A DNA stretch of 64,000 nucleotides, from contig NC_087262.1 of NCBI RefSeq assembly GCF_037042905.1, positions 25,420,001-25,484,000 of the forward strand. Direction: 5' to 3'. Shown here piece after piece: positions 1 through 13,674 of this stretch. The notes beneath the pieces were generated by a model, which saw only the letters and a program-made list of their open reading frames with translations, was not told where the DNA came from and did no database searches. How positions within the stretch are numbered: the first letter of the stretch is position 1; the number at the start of each line of letters is the position of its first letter. The position numbers and the translations under genes were made by a program. Origin of the DNA: Lytechinus pictus (lineage: Eukaryota).

Positions 1-779
1 TGAAAGCAAATAAAATCAAAGTTTTTTTTTACTGAGTTCAGTGAGATAAAGGAGGTCGAAAACAGAGTACAAACTAACAAAATGTACATAATAGCATAAT
101 CATACGTAGATTCGTATCTAAATGTATGTTTAATCGGGAACTATATCTGTTAGGATATAAATACTTTCAACGTTGAAGATGTTTATGGTTCACTAATTGT
201 TAGTCCTTAAGAGGATTGTTTGAAGTTGGAGTGATCATTGAACTACTACTCAGGTCCATGGAGTGATAGAGATGAAAAATGTCAGGCAAGAATGGGGAAA
301 AATAAGAGTGGGAACTTTATTTCGAGATATAAGGTGCAGTCCTAAAATGACTGGAAACCAGGTGAGATTTAATGACTTGGAGGTGAGATTATTGTCCTGC
401 TAGAGAGTACACATGAGCGTTGGAGAGTCGGATATGATGCTATGTGAGGTTTCGACATTCCTGGTATTTTTATTTTCCTTCATCAGGATCGATATCGCGA
501 TTATGTCTTTCATTAGTTTTTTTTTTCAATTACATGTGTAGATATGGTTACAATTGCATTGTGTATTTTTAATCATCATTTCGCTTTAAGGCTAGCATAT
601 ATTAAAAACCACCCTGCCTCATATTTATTTTTTTTATCATATATTGTTTTTTTTTTATAATGTTCATAACGGATTCATACTGTTTTCATGGAATCGTGGA
701 CAATTAGTTTTCTGACGTAAAAAAAAAAAATGCAGAAATTTACTCAATACAATTTCTAGAAAATCACGTAATATGCTTG

Positions 780-781
<2 letters not shown>

Positions 782-822
<41 letters not shown>
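782..822. repeat. (TA)n microsatellite
   Basis: About 20 uninterrupted AT units. Confidence 0.95.
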
Positions 823-825
<3 letters not shown>

Positions 826-1311
826 ATTAACACGTCTACAAGAACATAATTTCGGAGTAAGAATATTATCACGTTGGCTTGTGATATTTGGATGATGTAA
901 GACTAGACCACAGGCGCTTTGTAAGAAGGAGGCATATCGTATAAACGAAGCCCTTCACAGTTTTTAGTCACAAACCAACTCGTCATCGATGGAGAGTTCC
1001 ATCGAACACATTGAATTAAGATGATTTCGCCCTGTAGAGTCGAACGTGTTCGGACTTTTAAATATTGAATTTTAAAGAAAGCGTCACTGTTATTTTTTCA
1101 TGATTTTTTAGTATGGCTGGATTTCTCATATTTATATAGAAGAACTGGATGGACGTTCCTTTATATAACATTATGGTTATTTCTTTTTCTGAACATAACA
1201 AATGATTTTGGATGTGTGTATCGGAAAATAATGTAGCCTGATTTCAATACTTATGGACGTCAAAGTTTGACATGAAATCTTATATATATATCTTCCATTC
1301 CTTTTTTGCAG

Positions 1312-1508
1312 ATTGTTAAGATGATAGTGATAGTAGTGGCTGTCTTTGCCATATGCTGGCTACCACTCCATGCCTACCACTTCATGACGTATCTGAACTT
1401 TGATGCATTAACGGTGAAGGGAAGCCGTCATATCTACATTACAATATGGCTGATAGCTATGAGTAGCTCCATGTACAACCCTTTCATCTACTGCTGGCTA
1501 AATGACAG
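1312..1508 (+). CDS. Tacr: Tachykinin-receptor-like class A GPCR, penultimate coding exon (TM6-TM7)
   Basis: Acceptor ttttttgcAG ends at 1311. The exon reads IVKMIVIVVAVFAICWLPLHAYH...WLIAMSSSMYNPFIYCWLND(R), with CWLP (TM6), AMSSSMYNP and NPxxY (TM7) motifs. Donor ag|GTAATT at 1509 (phase 2). The motifs and both exon boundaries match the tachykinin receptor family; RYamide/luqin receptors are the nearest alternative. Confidence 0.9.
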
Positions 1509-1724
1509 GTAATTATCAGATTAAACTACAAATCTCCTGATTGTACTTTGTACTTCGCAGAGATCCATTTTATATTAGTGGATTTCCGAAAGAGTTGTCT
1601 TTCTTCAGTTATATTAAATTATATGGAATCATATGTTATAGTAGGATCAAGTCAAACCTATTTTTCAGCGAAATAAAAATATTAAAAGCACGCAGTGATA
1701 ATTAAGAATTCGTAACATAAGGGG

Positions 1725-1935
1725 AAGCCCTTCATGACAAAACTGCCTTTGTCAAAAATCGGTGAATCAAAACAATCAGTGTCGTCCTGCACCCACACAC
1801 GTCCTGCATAAACGATTATTTGCATTTTTTCATCAGCTCCAAACCTTAGGACAATCTTCTGTTCCGGTTCATCAATTTTCGACAAAGACCTCTTAACTGT
1901 CCATTGTGATTTGACGGACATTTTCAATGGATTTA
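1725..1935 (+). repeat. Diverged interspersed repeat, related to the element at 13371-13674
   Basis: Colinear similarity, e.g. ctgtccattgtgatttgac(g/c)g.cattttcaat and gcctttg.c.aaaat..gtgaatcaa occur in both places. Confidence 0.7.
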
Positions 1936-4934
1936 CTAATGTAGAATCCGTCCCCGTTAAAAATGCAAAAACAGTTCAAACGCGATCCACGCGAAGCGCG
2001 TTTAGGGTATGAAAAGAAAATTTAAGAGCAAGGCGTAAGTTTTTTTTCTCATTTTTTGTAGGAAATAGAAAAAAACGAAGGAAAACATAAAAGTCACATT
2101 TTACGCCATTCATTCATAGCCGTTTAGAGTATCTTTTCGCAATCAGGATTTTCAGTTAATCTAGAATTCCTTGATAAGTATCTATGTTAACATGTATAAT
2201 ATATATGTGGCACACAACACTCGATGTTCATTTGCACTGTAAACTGCAATAAAAAGTATTTTTGCTGAATTTTGAAGCAAAGATATTAGATTCGCAGTTG
2301 ACATGTTATTTTATCGTTACACGATCAAACTCAGTGCGTGTTGCTAGTTTAACCGTATCTGTCGATTCCTATAGAATTGATATTGCATTGTTTTGAAACT
2401 TCATTAAGAGACTATAGGGATTTTAGCCGAGTGTTTATTTTCATACAAATATATCAGGTTTCGTTTATTACTTTTAAATGTAGAAATTGTTTATTGCCGG
2501 TTAATGATTTAATTTGTCGTTGATTTGATTCCTTTTCAAAAGCCTTGTTACTATGGTTACTATCAATGCGTTCTGTCATGTGCATAAACTATTTTGTCCT
2601 TTTCAGCTTTCCTGCTTATCCGTTATCAACACAATCACATAAAGCGTTGAAGTCCACCGTACCGTCAGAACTTGTCATTGATAAATATCACTGGCTAATC
2701 AAGATTATTGTTCTAAGTGCACCTTCTTCGGAAGTGCGAGCAGTAACCAGTCAAAAATGATCTTAATTTCTAGGAGAATTATCGAAATCATTTCTGTTAC
2801 GTGTTTCAATGATTATTACTTCCTCATTTCGTCTTATGTCTATATTCTCTATATTCTTTATTATTGCCTTTGCTCAGGGTCATGTTTTTCCGTTGACATG
2901 ATCCGTACATACTTTATAAATCACCTGAATCATACACCTCCTACCTCTTTAATTTTAGAAACAGCAAACGTAAAAAAAAAATCAAATTTGCTTTGCTTTA
3001 TCGCAATAGAAAGAATGAAACTATTTTTCGGGTATGACGTCACAGACCCCATTCCATCCGAGGCCCCCAACCCTCCATGTTGTGACAGAAAATGGCTGAA
3101 TGTGATTTTGAGACACCAAGCATGCCAAGCTTTGTGTCTTTTTCGGAATCCGAACTGTTTTCTAAAATGACGACCTACTTTCAGCCAGCGCCTTGGCCTT
3201 GTTCTATCACTAATGACTAATCATCGATATGTTTGCACGCGGGGGCTTCAATCTCACCTTACCCCACGCCAAGCTACTGTACCACACGCCAAGCTGCTCC
3301 GGTCGAAATCACCTGATGCATTCATGGTGCGCTGTATTTAACAAATCGTTTTAATCCAATTAAATCGAAGGATCCGATATCCATGATAAACACTTGGGAT
3401 AGGGATTGAATAGCCGATATGTAGGCAACAAAGAATTTGAATGAAAATAATCGGCATTAGGCCCACTCCTTGGTACAACAATCCGATATTGATTATTAAG
3501 ATAAAATTATATTATAGCAATAACATTAAATAAGGGCGATAATTAAGGATGATATTCATGTCACAGATATTACTTTTAAAATAAGGTGAGACGGAAAGAG
3601 ATAGGAGATGAAAGAGAGAGAGAGAGGGGGGAGAGCATGGAGGAGAGGAGGGAGGAGTGGGGCAGACGAGGAGGAGAGGAGGGAATTCACTGTTTATCAG
3701 AAGGAAGTTGTAGAAATAATTTTATTAAATATTTTACTTTAAACGTTTTATTGGCTATTCCCCGCCTGAATCTAGTTAGACCGACACTCGATCAACTTCA
3801 TTCCATGATGAATCAACAGCTATTTCAGTTCATGATTATCTCGATAATTGTAGTAAAATCAAAGGAATGCCAGTGCTGAAATGTGTGTGATAAAATTACT
3901 GACAAGTTAGATCAATTATACATTTATTTATCGTTCGTTTGATTGAATGACTGATAAATTGGTTTGGTAGTTGATTGATTAAAAAATTATTCAGTTGATT
4001 GCACAGAAGTTTAAAACATACGATCTAGAAGAGGATGAATCTTGAAAACAAGAATTGATTCCCATATTTTAACATACAATGCATTCCACTGATAGTTTCA
4101 CATCTTAGTAAGATATCAGTGTAGACGGAACAATGTCCGCAGGCTATTTGTTACCTTCCTTTTTCTATTTTGAATTGAAATTGGTGTGCTTTCAAAGGTA
4201 TTCTGTTACGGTGATGGCGGAATGCAAGGCGCCAACATCTGACTGATTCATGACCCCTGCAACTAACACTGCGTAGGCAAATTTGACTCAATTCGGTTCG
4301 TTTGGTATAATTATGTGTCGCAACATGGATTGCGATATGGGATATAAAAGTGATGCTTTTTTTGTAAAGTTAAAATTTGTGAAAGAATTATGCTTCAAAA
4401 TACAAATAAAAAAAGTATTATTTTGTATGTCCCTTGTCGCTATCCATGTTACGATACATGGCATCAGGACATGCATGTAATGTAGGCCTAGTTGAAGAGG
4501 TTATATGTAGAACATCACCAGAGACTGCATGTTCACATTGCGTCCTTTACCCATGACGTAAAACAAAATGTGTCATTATTCATATCCCCTCCCCGACACT
4601 AACATCCCGAAGACATGGAAGAACTATTTACTTTGTTGGAAGGAACCAGGGATAGAGGAGGAGTGTAATTTCCACAAAATACCCATCGTTTCCTCTCGTG
4701 ACAAGAAATCGATCAGACAAAACAAACGATCGTACATGATTGAGAAAAGAACCTTCAGCACGTAATTCAATAGCCAAAATCTCCAAGCATGTTTTGCCTA
4801 TCCGTCGAGGGTGCGATGAAGCTCATCTTTAGGCGTGAAGATGTACCATGTTAAACAGGAATAGTGCTTTTAACACATTCAGCCTCGAAATCATTATCGG
4901 TTCGCTCACTGTATGTCGTACATATCTAACATGG

Positions 4935-5255
4935 GATCATAATACACAAATGTAAAACAGAGAAGGGAAAGAAAAGGATTTCAGAACACGGTTCAATTCT
5001 GTGGAATGATATTCCATCTGCAGTAAGAAGGGCTGCATCCTTGCAATCATTTATTTCATCCTATTGGAGAAACCGTAAATCTCATCCCCGGTTATAAGAC
5101 AACTCGCTAAACTTTATTCTGTTTGTATCGTTCTATTTTTTGGTCCTTTTTTATGTGTTTAAATGTAGCAGGGCCCTCTGGGAGAACAGTGTAAGTCACT
5201 GATGAGGCTACCCTGGATAAATAAGACTTTATGATAATAATAATAATAATAATAA
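4935..5255 (+). mobile_element. 3' fragment of a CR1/L2-group (Crack/Daphne-like) LINE
   Basis: Encodes an ORF2-like C-terminus (KCKTEKGKKRISEHGSILWNDIPSAVRRAASLQSF), followed by a short 3' UTR with a cagggcc...ccctg stem and a (TAA)n tail. Confidence 0.75.
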
Positions 5256-6848
5256 CATAGTTATGATTCTCTATCATGATCATGATGACCTTGTAGGTGA
5301 GCCCTTTCCGTATGTTCAGAGTATTTCTCCCAGTTACAAGTTGTTTATTTCTTGAAAACAGTTATTTTAGGTATAAAGACTCGAAATAATTATTCTATTG
5401 TTTCGTAAATTGTTAATCAATCAAAACTTTGAAGTACGTTCAAGGTCGAAAAACGCATTTACAATTTCCCTAGGCTGGCTAAATGCATAAAAATACAAAC
5501 GGGAATTTAGAGATATTGGTATTCTAGTTGGTGCATGGTACTCCCATTTTAAGTAACAACCCTTAGAGATGGGTTAGGCAAGGAAAGGAGTTCTATATGA
5601 AGGACCATCAGTTTGCGCTCATTCAAATTTTAAATCTCGTTGGTTCGTGTAGCAACATTGTATGATGTGGTTACTTTCTTGTGAAGAGCAGGTATCAATC
5701 ATGACAATTAATTGATGACATATGACATGCATGACAAGAAATTAAAGTCATAGCTAAAGGTCATGCCCTATCCCCCTTCGACACAGCCATCATCTGGTAA
5801 ATCCCTTTCATCGAGGGTCATAAGTTCATATTGGTACAATTTCACGACAAACACTACGATGTCCACTGTGTCCGCAAAATCCCCAATCCGACATCCCATC
5901 AATTTGCAATAATGATATTAAAAAAACTTGTCATCTGTTATATACATGTCAACTGACCAACAAAAATCATCATACTTAAATCTGGAAAAACTACAATTGG
6001 CATGTTAATGGATTTTTCTGTGGATAAACTTAGTAGTCATGCTTACTACTTCTCTCCTGCAAAATGTATGTGTAAGCACTTGTTCTAAAGTTCTAGGTCT
6101 GCAGCTGTTTTTTGAACAAGTGGCTACGATCAATCATGGTCAATATTTAAACGTCTGGGTTAGGACAGCTGACCGACATATCTAACCCTTTATGCATTTA
6201 ACAGATCGGAGGTTTATCAAAGATTCGGAGTAGGGGGTGAGGTCAATGCTTTTGTATTACTAAAAAGCAATAGGAATAATTGTGACGTAGGGGAAGCTGG
6301 TTCAACACTTCATTTGATTTCTTTAAATATAGAATAACTATTCATGTTAGAAAATAAATTTGGGAACATTACAAGGTGAATTCTTTATTTTGTTTGAAGC
6401 ACTCCTTGGTTCTGCCATGTGGGTCTTATGACCACGTAAGGATGTGGGACTTTGGGGCCATGCCACACCCCCCAGAAAAAAAAGTTTCACGACCAACAAA
6501 AAAAGGAGAAAAAGACAGAAATGAAAGGGAAAAGGGTGAAATATGATACACATTCTGAAGAGTACGTCAAATTATTTAATATAACTTGTTTTTGTATCAA
6601 AATAATCAAATTATTTGATTGCTCGCTTCTCTCTTTCGCAGCTTCTAGAATTTTTGCCCCATACGCCATTATCTGGTCCCTTTTTTTTTTTGGGGGGGGG
6701 AGGGGGCTTATAAAGCCACTTCTTATGACAGATGTCTTCAAGGATTTAAAGGGAAAGATATAAATGAGAAACCCTTAACATTAAATGAACAAACTGTCGA
6801 CCATGTCAAACCTGGTCTATTACTCAAAGAAGATAATTACGTTGACAC

Positions 6849-7671
6849 CAGAGGCGTCGATCCTGGGGGGGGCAGGGGGGGCGATCGCCCCACCAATGAA
6901 AATATTGGGGGGGCAAACATATCATTTTGCCCCCCCAATAATTCCGGATATGCATTTAAAAAAAACAAGATTGTAATGTTCAGCAAGCGAGATTGAGATA
7001 CACAACTCGTTCTTTATTTAAAATCGTGCTCAAAATGTCCGCTTTTCAGATTGGAATATAAAAATTTTCAGCTCGCGCTTCGCGCTCGCATCATTTCTGT
7101 AGCAAAAACCCATACTTTTCATGATTAAATTGGTGAATGTTAATGTCCCATTTTCAGTTCTAAGCCTCAAAAGAACTGCTTCAATTTGCAATCATCTTTT
7201 CTTGGATATATAGCTTGTTCTTTATCAAAAACGTCCAGTAAACTGTCATTTTTTCAGATCGAAATATCAAAATTTTCAGCTCGCGCTTCGCGCTCGCATC
7301 TATTCTCTTTTAGATACAAATCTTAATCATTGGTACCAAAAATGCTTAGAATATCAAGTTTTCAGCTCAGAATATAAAGAAATTTGAGCTCACTCTCGGC
7401 ACTCGTACTATCTGTGTAGTGAGATACGTGTCTGTNNNNNNNNNNNNNNNNNNNNNNNNNNNNNNNNNNNNNNNNNNNNNNNNNNNNNNNNNNNNNNNNN
7501 NNNNNNNNNNNNNNNNNNNNNNNNNNNNNNNNNNNNNNNNNNNNNNNNNNNNNNNNNNNNNNNNNNNNNNNNNNNNNNNNNNNNNNNNNNNNNNNNNNNN
7601 NNNNNNNNNGAGCGCCTTTGGAACGTTAATGATTTCGCCCCCCCAATCTGAAAAATGGATCGACGCCCCTG
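6849..7671. mobile_element. Non-autonomous hAT-type element with internal hairpin-motif repeats (contains an assembly gap)
   Basis: TIRs CAGAGGCGTCGATCC / GGATCGACGCCCCTG. Perfect 8-bp TSD GTTGACAC at 6841-6848 and 7672-7679. Internal aaattttcagctcgcgcttcgcgctcgca repeats. Confidence 0.88.
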
Positions 7672-8940
7672 GTTGACACCGATACAAGTCCTGAGGCATA
7701 CCATGGACCTATAGGTCCATGGGCATACGTAGAAGAAACGGTGAAATACAGTGGCTACTTCGTGTTTATTTAGTTCCATCAAACTAGGATGGGTGGTAAG
7801 GTTAATCATACTCGATACGCTTCTCATCAGACTTCTCTGGTTTTTTGAGAGCCTTTTCACTCTTCTTCAAACTGAATGCTTTTTGAGAATAGAATGACCG
7901 CCCCCAATCACCTGATCGATGACCTGTCCAGCGGCACTGATTCAAATCCACTTGACCATTACTCGGACTTTGAGGTCGTGTGGTTAAAAGCAGCCATGGC
8001 TGTTTGTAAATACTCTATGCAAAAAGTTTATCAGAAGAAACGCCAAAGAGAAAGGGGTGGTGAACGAAAAAGCGGATAGAAAATTGTGCGAATAAGAATG
8101 ATAAAAAGATAAAGAATCACATGGGAACAGAGAATTGTGAAGATCGAAAATGTTGGAATTCTGTCAAACATGGGAAACGTCAACCATTTTGTTTTTTTAT
8201 TGGCGTTTTAATACAAAATGTAACTGCCTTCTATAATTGAATTACATTATTCCTATATATATAGAGTAGAACGCAATGAAACGATACGACTTTCATCTGT
8301 TAATCATGTTAATGATGATATTTGGAAACAGAGGACCAAAGTCGCATTAAGAAGGTGTTTTTCAATTTGTTCGCTTGAATTGTTTGTTTTCTATTGGGTC
8401 AATATTTTTTAATTAGCATGAGGGGACTAATTATTTTTGACTAACTGTGATAAAAAGAAAAGAGTTTACTTCAATAAAAAATAAAATCTGGATGTTTTAT
8501 CACGATTCTCTGTATCAAAACACAAGTGATAAAAAGCGTAAGAAAAGTTTAACTTCTTGAATTATGATTTCTACTGCTTATCCCTCCGCGTCATTTGGTT
8601 TTGGAAGTAACCAGTTTCGCACAATCGCATTTGTAACACAAGAGCCAAAGTGGCGCCGTTCCACCGGTAATACAAGCCTAATTCGATACTTCAACTGTGC
8701 TTTCAAAAACTGTTATGCCTTTTAAGATCAGTATCTCTCCCTACTCGTTGAATGCTTTAACGTGTTTGATGTGAGAACGCTTAGGTCGTTTGCTGCTTGG
8801 GCATTTCAAACTTCTCATTCAGTTGTGAGAGAACTGAAGAGGCAGATCGCTACAATGGTACTTTCTTCTTTCTTTATATAATGTGCTTCCTCCAAAATGT
8901 TTGCGCGTTTCTTAGTTTAATGAATAATAGAATTAAGATA

Positions 8941-9149
8941 CACTCATAACAAATCAGTCAAATTGACTACACCAGTAGTCGGCTGGGTGCAACTGATATA
9001 TCTAGCCACATTTCTGACATATATTCTGGTCAGAAATAACTATGTTGTGGTAAAATACGAATAGAAAATAGTCAAATATGATTAGAATAACAGTTGCACT
9101 CAGCTGACCCTATTAACTAGTCATTCTTTACTGATTTGTTTTTAGAGTG
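8941..9149. mobile_element. Palindromic MITE with CACTC...GAGTG ends (CACTA/EnSpm-like)
   Basis: Imperfect long TIRs (cactcataacaaatcagt...actgatttgtttttagagtg), flanked by TA on both sides. Confidence 0.7.
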
Positions 9150-11964
9150 TATTGAAGTAATAGTTATTCTCCATTTTTTCCTTGTCCATTCGGTATGAAT
9201 AAAATCTGAAGTAATAAATGCTAAAAACATTTGCGATAGAATTCAATATATTTATTTTACACCACCTTTCCGTCAACAGCACAAACAGAAACTCTGCACT
9301 AAAACAGGGGCAGCGAATAAAAAGAGATACATTAAAGAAGAAAACTCTGGAAACAAAGCCCTTCCCTCAGGCTGTGTCGTGAAATGGATTTGAAATTTGA
9401 GACGCGCAGAACTGCTCCTGAACTTAGAGCTTTTGGCTACGATACGTCACAATGTAGACGGAACATTCGATAATGAAAATATCAAAAATATATATTTACC
9501 CGGGCTATTTGTCATTTATGTTCGGTTTTGGATATTTTGATTTTTTTCGATGAAGAAAAGAATCACTTACTGCGTATCATGTTTTATACACAGAATAAAT
9601 ATTGAAACTTTATCCGATTTGTTTCTCGAGAATACATATACAAATTACTAAATAATTCCATATGTTTAAAATGGACATCGGCAGGAATGTAGAAGGAATT
9701 TTCATTGCTAAACTATGGCCACTTTGTTCGTGAAATCATTTCAGAAGCAGAATTTGGGGGGGGGGGGATTAGTGGTAATAGGGATGTGTAGAATTTCTAC
9801 ATACTACAGACGCGAAAAGAAAATATTTTAAAATCAATTACGAATGAAATTTGGTCAAGACTTGAATAAAAGGTGGCATATTTTTTTGTATCTTTATCAA
9901 AACTTTCGCACAGTCAGACTCCATCGGATAAGCCTAGCTACATTTTTTTCTATAAAATATTGTTGCAATTAAAACAACACAATACAAAAAAACAGAATCG
10001 CACCCCATCCCCCCCCCCTCCAAAAAAAAGTTGGACTGTGAGATTTTAAAAGGCATCCTTTATATGTTTTTTTTCCAGTTAACTTAACCACCGCTAGAAC
10101 AAACTGTATATTATTGAAACATACATTTTGCAACTATACCAGAAGCTTAGAAACCATGTGTAAAAGTTATAGACATGTCCTTGTATCATACATATATTAA
10201 TTTCAAGTCACTGTCATGCGTTATAACACACTATTTGTTTCTTTCATGTAAAGAAATAAGAAAGTATTTAAATTGAAGAATAGGAATTTCCAATTTTCTA
10301 ATTTCAATTTATTTCATTTTCAACAGAACAAAGTAGAATGGTCGAAATAATTACAATGAACTTATACAGACAATATAAATTGAGGCATGTACAATATATG
10401 ATATTTTTCTATAAGTAAAACAAAACAGAGTATTATATAATGCAAAATATCATAAACATAAAATAAAGTTTATAAAGAGGATGGGAAACCTCTCTTAAGA
10501 GTTGTTTTGATCTCTATATATCAGATGACGATTGTTCTTGTCTTATTAATAACGGATGAGACCACCCCCCCCCCCCCTGTATATCAAACACGACATTCAA
10601 GAAACAGCGCGTTCAAGTTTAGGAAGACAAGATAAGGGGGAAAAGATTGAAGAAAAAAAAACGAAGATTCTTTTAAGATCGCATTTATGAAGAGCTGGTA
10701 GTATCTGGTAAATTGCATGGCAAAGAAGTAATATAATAGTGTTTACGTTTGGCTACCAACAAGTAAAACATTTATTCAACCACTATATCACAACAGCGAC
10801 ATGAAAATATGCTATCAAAATTTCCTACAGGTTTTTTTTTTTACAACATTTTAATTTCTGTGTATTTTTCCCACCAACTCAAAACCTATCTCCAATTCCC
10901 TTCACTCTATGTCATCCCATGTCCTTTCTCGTTACTAAACTGCCTTTAGTTTGTCATCCATTCATCAATGCATGAAAGAAAAAAAAACACCTTCCAATGC
11001 AGTTATTTTATTTCCATATTCCATCGAGTCACACCACTCGCAATTATAATTAAAATGGCCAACAGTTTATCGCAGAAATCAATCACTTCGTGGCTTCCTC
11101 CCACATCCAACACCCGATGTCCATCTGCAAAATGTGTGACTTTTTCACCTCAAAAGCGAGAAAACGAACAATAAATTTAACTCAATTTTATTGACTCGTG
11201 TTAGATATCACCAACGGGCGACGCCTGGTCTCTGGCCCACATACGTGCTTCCTTAGATCACATCCAAATCAGATCGTCGCTTGCAGATTCAGTTTCATAA
11301 GAGAAGGACTAGATACAGTTATAATCATAATTATCATTGATTATTTTTAGTCAATGCGCCATTAATATGTAACCCCCTTGTTTGTTAAGAGGTTTGTGGT
11401 ATAATGTTATTCCGCCAGGGGGGTATCTAGGAGAAATAACGTCCCGGATGTTAATGCATTCACCACGTCCCCCGTTTGCAAACATACCCCAGTTCGAGAT
11501 GAAATCGCGCCCCTACAAATTCGTGACCACTCTGACGCTGATAGATAATATTTCATGAGACTGTCTATCAAGGTAGCTTTTGTTTGCTTCCGTGTTCTAT
11601 CTTCATCTGCCCCCTTCCCGCCCCTGTACCTTAATATATGTTTCATTATTCTGCACTCATTATGTATACAGTATTTATAATCCAGCTTGATGAAAAATAA
11701 ATGCCACGTGGGTGTAATATCCAGAACAAGATAATACCATTATCATTCTTGTCGGTATTAAAGAATGATAATACCCACATTATATGTTTTATTATTTCGC
11801 AATGAGGGTTCAGGAAGTGTTAGGAAGAAAGTCCGAGTCTGTCAAATTAACTCAAATGATAATTGATAATGAAATGTAATTGATAATAAAGCTACTTTTT
11901 TGCTTTGTCTTTAACCAAACAAGAGCATCGCATGGTCAGGGCATCAGGTGAATCATCAGAAAAA

Positions 11965-12175
11965 TAATTTTATAATGATAATGATTTTGAATTCACCCAA
12001 CATGCAGGGTAGCCACATAGCTGATCTCTAAGTCAGCACTGCTCTAGTCTAGCGCTTGACAATTTAGTAGGCAGACTGTTCCATTTATTTAAGTCCCTGG
12101 TAAGACTCGGCCAGATATCGAACCCCGACCTCCAGTTCGCCAGTTGAGCGCTCTCCCACTCAGCCACCATGTCCG
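11965..12175 (-). mobile_element. tRNA-derived SINE
   Basis: The minus strand has an A box (TGGCTGAGTGG) and a B-box-like GGTTCGATATC at tRNA spacing, then a non-tRNA body and an AT-rich tail. No intact acceptor stem. Confidence 0.7.
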
Positions 12176-12301
12176 CAGAAGCCTCTGACACAATACAACT
12201 CATCCCGTGGTTACATCAATGCTTGTAGGAGAGAACTATTTCGTGGTTCAAGATAACCCATTATGTAATCCAGTATTCTTTTTCTTATCTTTCTAATACA
12301 G

Positions 12302-12530
12302 ATTTCGATACGGCTTCAAGAGAGTGTTCCTCTGTCTTTTACCAATCCGGATCAATGGATACAATCAGCAGCAAGGTTCGAACGTCCCTGCTAGCTCAAA
12401 CGCAACCAACACAACCAACTACATGTGCAGCCAACGAATAGTCAACGGCAAAGACCACAGAACTGTGTCTTATCGGATGCCTTCGGTCGGTATAACATCG
12501 GCCAGTGACTCAGCCGAAGATACGATGTGA
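12302..12530 (+). CDS. Tacr: Tachykinin-receptor-like GPCR, last coding exon (helix 8 and C-tail)
   Basis: Polypyrimidine tract plus tacAG at 12300-12301. The phase-2 join AG|A gives ...LNDR-FRYGFKRVFLCLLP..., then a Ser/Thr-rich tail ending SAEDTM and TGA at 12528-12530. Intron is 1509-12301. Upstream exons lie before the window. Confidence 0.9.
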
Positions 12531-13370
12531 TGCCGAACTCCGGCCGAAGACACAATGTGATGCCGAACATTCGTCAAACTCTGCCGAATGTGCTTGGACA
12601 GAATAACACTGGATGTCTTCATGGGCGCCTATGTGTAAGGACTGGAAGTGGAGACGGCATTGACCGAAAACCTAACGGAACGGTTCTCGTGATGTTAATG
12701 CATCAGCTTATTGAAGATAAGATACACATGACAAGTGAACAGGCCTGCCTACAACACCCTCCCTTTATTTAAACAGGGGAAAACTTTTATTTTGTTGATG
12801 AGAATGAATTTTATGAATATCTCTGCCGTATTTTGACTCCGAGGCATGAGAAATTTGTTGATGCCGAACAATTATGATAATTGAAATACAGGCCATGTGT
12901 GTTCCATTCGTTCTCATGTAGTAGTCCGACTGCCCTGTTTCTTGTTTGGCTGCACTTTAACTTTATATTGTTAAAAAAGTTGACATTGTCGCCTTGGTTA
13001 CTACTATCCCCAAACCCCTTAATGTATTTTTTATGCACGTTCTTGGAGATATGAGTGAAATAAGCTAAACGCTATAATTCATCAGCCTCGCTTTGAGAAG
13101 ATAGCTACATCCAAACTGCCTCGGAAATGACAAATAGCCCCATCTTCGACACCTCAATTATTTGTTTTCATCAATTAAGCATCTAACTTGACGATTTGGT
13201 ATCAAATGTGGATAGGTCGGATATAAGCATTGACGACCAATATTAGTGACCTTTTTTTGCCGTTCTGGATCGCACTGATGCCATAATGCAGTCGCAGAAG
13301 AACGCATGAAGTTACAGCAGAGCGTAGTAGACCGAACAAGAACGATTCAAGAAGGCCTTTTATCCTCCAT

Positions 13371-13674
13371 TAGGGCATTTTAGCAATCACTTTGCAGACG
13401 CTTTCTATAAAGCAGATATTCTTTTGTTAAAGCCTTCCATTACAAAGCAGCCTTTGCCGAAAATTTGTGAATCAAGGCAGCAGTGTTGTCCTGAACCTTG
13501 GACAAACTACATTTTTGCAATTATTCGTCCGGTCAAAATCTTTAGACAATGTGCTGTTCAGGTCCATCAACAATCGACAATGACCTCTAATCTGTCCATT
13601 GTGATTTGACCGGCATTTTCAATAGATTCTGAACTTCCAGAAATCGTCTGCGAAGTGAATACTAAAATACTCTA
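13371..13674. mobile_element. MITE-like repeat (possibly PIF/Harbinger) downstream of the GPCR stop codon
   Basis: Imperfect TIRs tagggcattttagca / tactaaaatactcta. Its body resembles 1725-1935. Confidence 0.55.

Noticed and set aside
12100-12175. tRNA gene on the minus strand
   Set aside because: A and B boxes are present but the acceptor and T stems do not pair well, and a SINE-like body follows.
12527-12772. 81-aa ORF overlapping the GPCR stop
   Set aside because: No recognisable motif; it lies in the presumptive 3' UTR and partly arises from the 30-nt duplication.
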